This document shows, piece after piece, positions 58,414 to 62,132 of a stretch of 62,132 bases of DNA; position 1 is the stretch's first letter; each line of letters begins with the position of its first letter. This DNA comes from Candidatus Elulimicrobium sp. (GTDB lineage Bacteria > Omnitrophota > Gorgyraeia > Zapsychrales > Fredricksoniimonadaceae): the NCBI GenBank assembly GCA_020720365.1, contig DYOU01000005.1, forward strand, positions 1-62,132, in the 5' to 3' direction. Made by a program: the position numbers and the translations under genes. The notes beneath the pieces are model-generated. The model did no database searches and had not been told where the DNA came from. It saw only the letters and a program-made list of their open reading frames with translations.

Positions 58414-59961
58414 TTAAACCCTGGTGCTAACGCCAATCTTCATCTGATCAACATCGACCTTGATGACCTTAACACGAATCGCATCGCCGGTCTTCAATTT
58501 CGCGGCTTCATCCTTTTCGATCTCGGATGAATAAACAAGCGCTTCCACTTCATCATCAAGCTTCACAAAAACCCCGAAATTGGAGTTCGTAATGACTGTC
58601 GCGTCGATCACTGTATCCACCGGATACTTCTTGGCGATCTCTGCCCACGGATTCGACATCAACTGTTTAAGCCCTAACGTGATCTTGCGCGCTTTAGCAT
58701 CAACAGCTAGAACAACAATCTCTACCGCCTGCCCCTTCTGAAGCACTTCCTGCGGATGATTGATCTTACGCGTCCATGACATATCAGAAACATGGATCAT
58801 ACCTTCAAGGCCATGCTCCAACTCTACGAAAGCGCCATAATCCGCAAACCCACGTACAGTCCCTTTTACGACAGCCGCCGCCGGAAAAAACTGCTCAGCC
58901 TTAAGCCATGGATTATCTTCAAGCTGCTTCATCGACAAGGAAATACGTTTCGCATCTTTATCTACATTAATGATCTGGACCTCAACCTGCTGGCCGACCG
59001 TAAAGATCTCCTGCGGATTGACCATCTTCTTCTGCCAGGTGATCTCGGAGGAATGAAGAAGACCTTCGATCCCGCGGCTGATCTCAACAAAAACACCGTA
59101 AGGCATAATGTTGACAATTTTACCTTTAACAATCGTTCCTGCCGGATATTTATCATAAACAGCTTCCCAGGGATTTGCAGAGATCTGCTTAAGCCCAAGA
59201 GAAACCTTTGAATTTTCCTTGTCAAAATCAAGGATTACCACTTCCAAGCGCTGACCCAAAGAGACGATCTCTGACGGATGGCTGATACGTGACCAGCTCA
59301 TATCTGTAATATGAAGAAGCCCGTCTACACCGCCAAGATCGATAAAAGCACCGAAATCCGTAATGCCCTTAACCATCCCATTACGCCGCTGACCCTTTTC
59401 CAGCTTGCTCCACAAATGCTTGCGGCTCTCTTCATGCTCTTTCTGAACGATCTCACGGCGCGACAAAATAAGATTACGCCGCTGCTTGTTCATCTTGGCC
59501 ACAAGAAAGCGATACGTGCGCGACATGATCTCGTCCGGGGGAAGCCCCTTGAACGCAGACAAAGACATCGGTAAAAATGCTTCCACACCCTGCACATCCG
59601 CGATATAACCGCCCTTAACAATACGCACAACACGGCCTTCGATCACATCACCCTCATTGATCACATCCGCGATCTTTTGCCAACCCTTGAGGCGCTCTGC
59701 CTTATTGTGTGAAAGGACCAGCTTACCTTCATCATCCTCGATCGTTTCGATCAAAACATCAATGATCTGACCGATCTCAAGAAGCCCGGCATCCCGAAAC
59801 TCTTCCATCGCCACAAAACCCTCGGATTTAAACCCGATATCAACAACAACCTCGTCTTTGCTTTTGGCAACGATAGTCCCCTGGACGATCTGACCTTCTG
59901 TGAAGGTCTTGAGCGTGCTGCCGTACAGCTCCTCCATAATGGATTTTTTTGTTTCTAACAT
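58414..59961 (-). CDS. rpsA: 30S ribosomal protein S1
   Basis: Six tandem S1 (OB) repeats of the pattern G..V.G.V..i..fGaFV.l..g.eGL.H.S. Length is 515 aa. Confidence 0.93.
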   Translation of the reverse strand: MLETKKSIMEELYGSTLKTFTEGQIVQGTIVAKSKDEVVVDIGFKSEGFVAMEEFRDAGLLEIGQIIDVLIETIEDDEGKLVLSHNKAERLKGWQKIADVINEGDVIEGRVVRIVKGGYIADVQGVEAFLPMSLSAFKGLPPDEIMSRTYRFLVAKMNKQRRNLILSRREIVQKEHEESRKHLWSKLEKGQRRNGMVKGITDFGAFIDLGGVDGLLHITDMSWSRISHPSEIVSLGQRLEVVILDFDKENSKVSLGLKQISANPWEAVYDKYPAGTIVKGKIVNIMPYGVFVEISRGIEGLLHSSEITWQKKMVNPQEIFTVGQQVEVQIINVDKDAKRISLSMKQLEDNPWLKAEQFFPAAAVVKGTVRGFADYGAFVELEHGLEGMIHVSDMSWTRKINHPQEVLQKGQAVEIVVLAVDAKARKITLGLKQLMSNPWAEIAKKYPVDTVIDATVITNSNFGVFVKLDDEVEALVYSSEIEKDEAAKLKTGDAIRVKVIKVDVDQMKIGVSTRV

Positions 59962-60033
59962 GTTAATATTCCTCTTTCCCTGTATTCTGGCTTTTGGATT
60001 TAGGGTTTCCCCTAGAAGCCATTTAGAGCCAGT

Positions 60034-60061
60034 ATTATCTACAAAACCGGCTACCTGTCAA
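60034..60061 (-). promoter_or_regulatory. putative sigma70-type promoter of rpsA
   Basis: On the minus strand: TTGACA (60056-60061), a 16-nt spacer, then GATAAT (60034-60039). It is followed by a ~65-nt leader with a TAGGG-GAAA-CCCTA hairpin and the RBS AAGAGGAA. Confidence 0.5.
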
Positions 60062-60091
60062 TAAATTTCCCTTTGGCCTCTTTTTTTAACA

Positions 60092-61408
<1,317 letters not shown>

Positions 61409-61846
61409 TTAAACTCCAAATGATGCATACCCTTGACTCATTTGCGCCCGCATTCGCTCTGCCTTATCCGCCAGATCAGACAACGTGTAAGAAGAAAACA
61501 CACGATCAATAGACTCAGAAGCCTCTCTCCAAACATCACTCGTTACACAATCCTCTTGACCACACCCCGAACAATCAACCAATTGGATCGCCCCTTCAAA
61601 AACAGATACAATATCCTTCACTGAAATATTCGATGCATCTCGCGCCAACGCAAAACCGCCATTAACTCCCCGATGACTATTCACGAGACCTGCCGCCTTC
61701 AATGATGATGCCAACTGCCATAAATATTTCTCGGATATTTTTTGACCCCGCGCAATATCTCCCAACAAAACAAATCCATCAGAACGCCTTAAGGCAAGCT
61801 CAATCATAAATCGTGTCCCATAACGGATTTTTGTTGATAATTTCAT
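61409..61846 (-). CDS. Rrf2-family transcriptional regulator with a three-Cys cluster
   Basis: MKLSTKIRYGTRFMIELAL, a wHTH, and the cysteine segment VDCSGCGQEDC. A GGAG RBS is present. It lies 24 nt upstream of metY. Confidence 0.9.
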   Translation of the reverse strand: MKLSTKIRYGTRFMIELALRRSDGFVLLGDIARGQKISEKYLWQLASSLKAAGLVNSHRGVNGGFALARDASNISVKDIVSVFEGAIQLVDCSGCGQEDCVTSDVWREASESIDRVFSSYTLSDLADKAERMRAQMSQGYASFGV

Positions 61847-61887
61847 ATTTTCTCCAAGAAATAAGTAAATCTATAGAAACAGTAGAC

Positions 61888-61915
61888 AATATAACATTTT
61901 TAATATCTTTGTCAA
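61888..61915 (-). promoter_or_regulatory. putative promoter of the Rrf2-metY unit
   Basis: On the minus strand: TTGACA (61910-61915), a 16-nt spacer ending in TGT, then TATATT (61888-61893). An 8-bp palindrome TCTATAGA (61870-61877) lies between the -10 and the RBS. Confidence 0.5.
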
Positions 61916-62009
61916 GAAATTGCCACCCGCACTCACAGCCCACAGCCACAGCTGTCCGGTAAAACTTTTTACAGGAACTCGAACTGATATTCGTGCGATT
62001 TGAAGCGCT

Positions 62010-62132
62010 CTAGGCGTTTATGCGATATTTTAAGCAGGTCAATGATGGTCAAAGGCATGAACGAGGGTGATCAGCTCTTGCCAGCAGTCAAAGCGCTTAA
62101 CGTAACGGTCGCCGCGGTGCTTTCGAACGATA
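62010..62132 (-). pseudogene. decayed N-terminal fragment of an IS4-like (DUF4372-type) transposase, truncated by the window edge
   Basis: Minus-strand translation gives IVRKHRGDRYVKRFDCWQELITLVHAFDHH* and then, in another frame, LTCLKYRINA*. The pattern DRY.K.F..W..L..L..A recalls the N-terminal domain of IS4-family transposases. No intact ORF is present. Confidence 0.35.

Overview
This 62.1-kb segment is gene-dense. Only the first two genes are on the + strand; everything else is on the minus strand. Start/stop overlaps of 1-80 nt are common, which suggests a streamlined genome. The organism looks like a diderm bacterium, because it carries LPS-heptose genes gmhA/hldC, an LpxL/HtrB-type acyltransferase, a TonB-like protein, PilT and an ExeA-like ATPase. 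A PVC-type 'small basic protein' suggests a PVC/Omnitrophota-like lineage; that is inference only and cannot be verified here.

From about 26.8 to 57.1 kb there is one unbroken core array: consensus promoter, tRNA-Thr, rpmG, tRNA-Trp, secE, nusG, rplKAJL, rpoBC, rpsLG, fusA, tuf, then the S10, spc and alpha operons. There is no L30 gene, and S14 is the zinc type. To the right lie tyrS, rpsA, an Rrf2 regulator with metY, and a decayed IS4-like transposase fragment at the window edge.

The left 26 kb is mostly housekeeping: aroB, aroQ, efp, accBC, pfk, thiE, lipB, icd, aspartate aminotransferase and cell-envelope genes.

Three real genes shorter than 60 aa are absent from the ORF track: L36, L33 and a Trm112-like protein. 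Three tRNAs were recognised by cloverleaf.

I found no CRISPR array, intact mobile element, biosynthetic cluster or clear defence island. This is mainly an ordinary core region. The most unusual items are:
- a chain of five overlapping nucleotide-hydrolase/NTPase genes headed by a STAND-like ATPase (4.7-9.5 kb);
- a catalytically degenerate GAF-HD-GYP protein;
- a thiE locus split at an A6 tract;
- a stand-alone lipoyl-carrier gene coupled to lipB;
- a three-gene putative acyl-glycolipid module;
- lineage-specific basic extensions on several ribosomal proteins.

All family assignments rest on motif recognition by eye. No HMM or BLAST search was possible.
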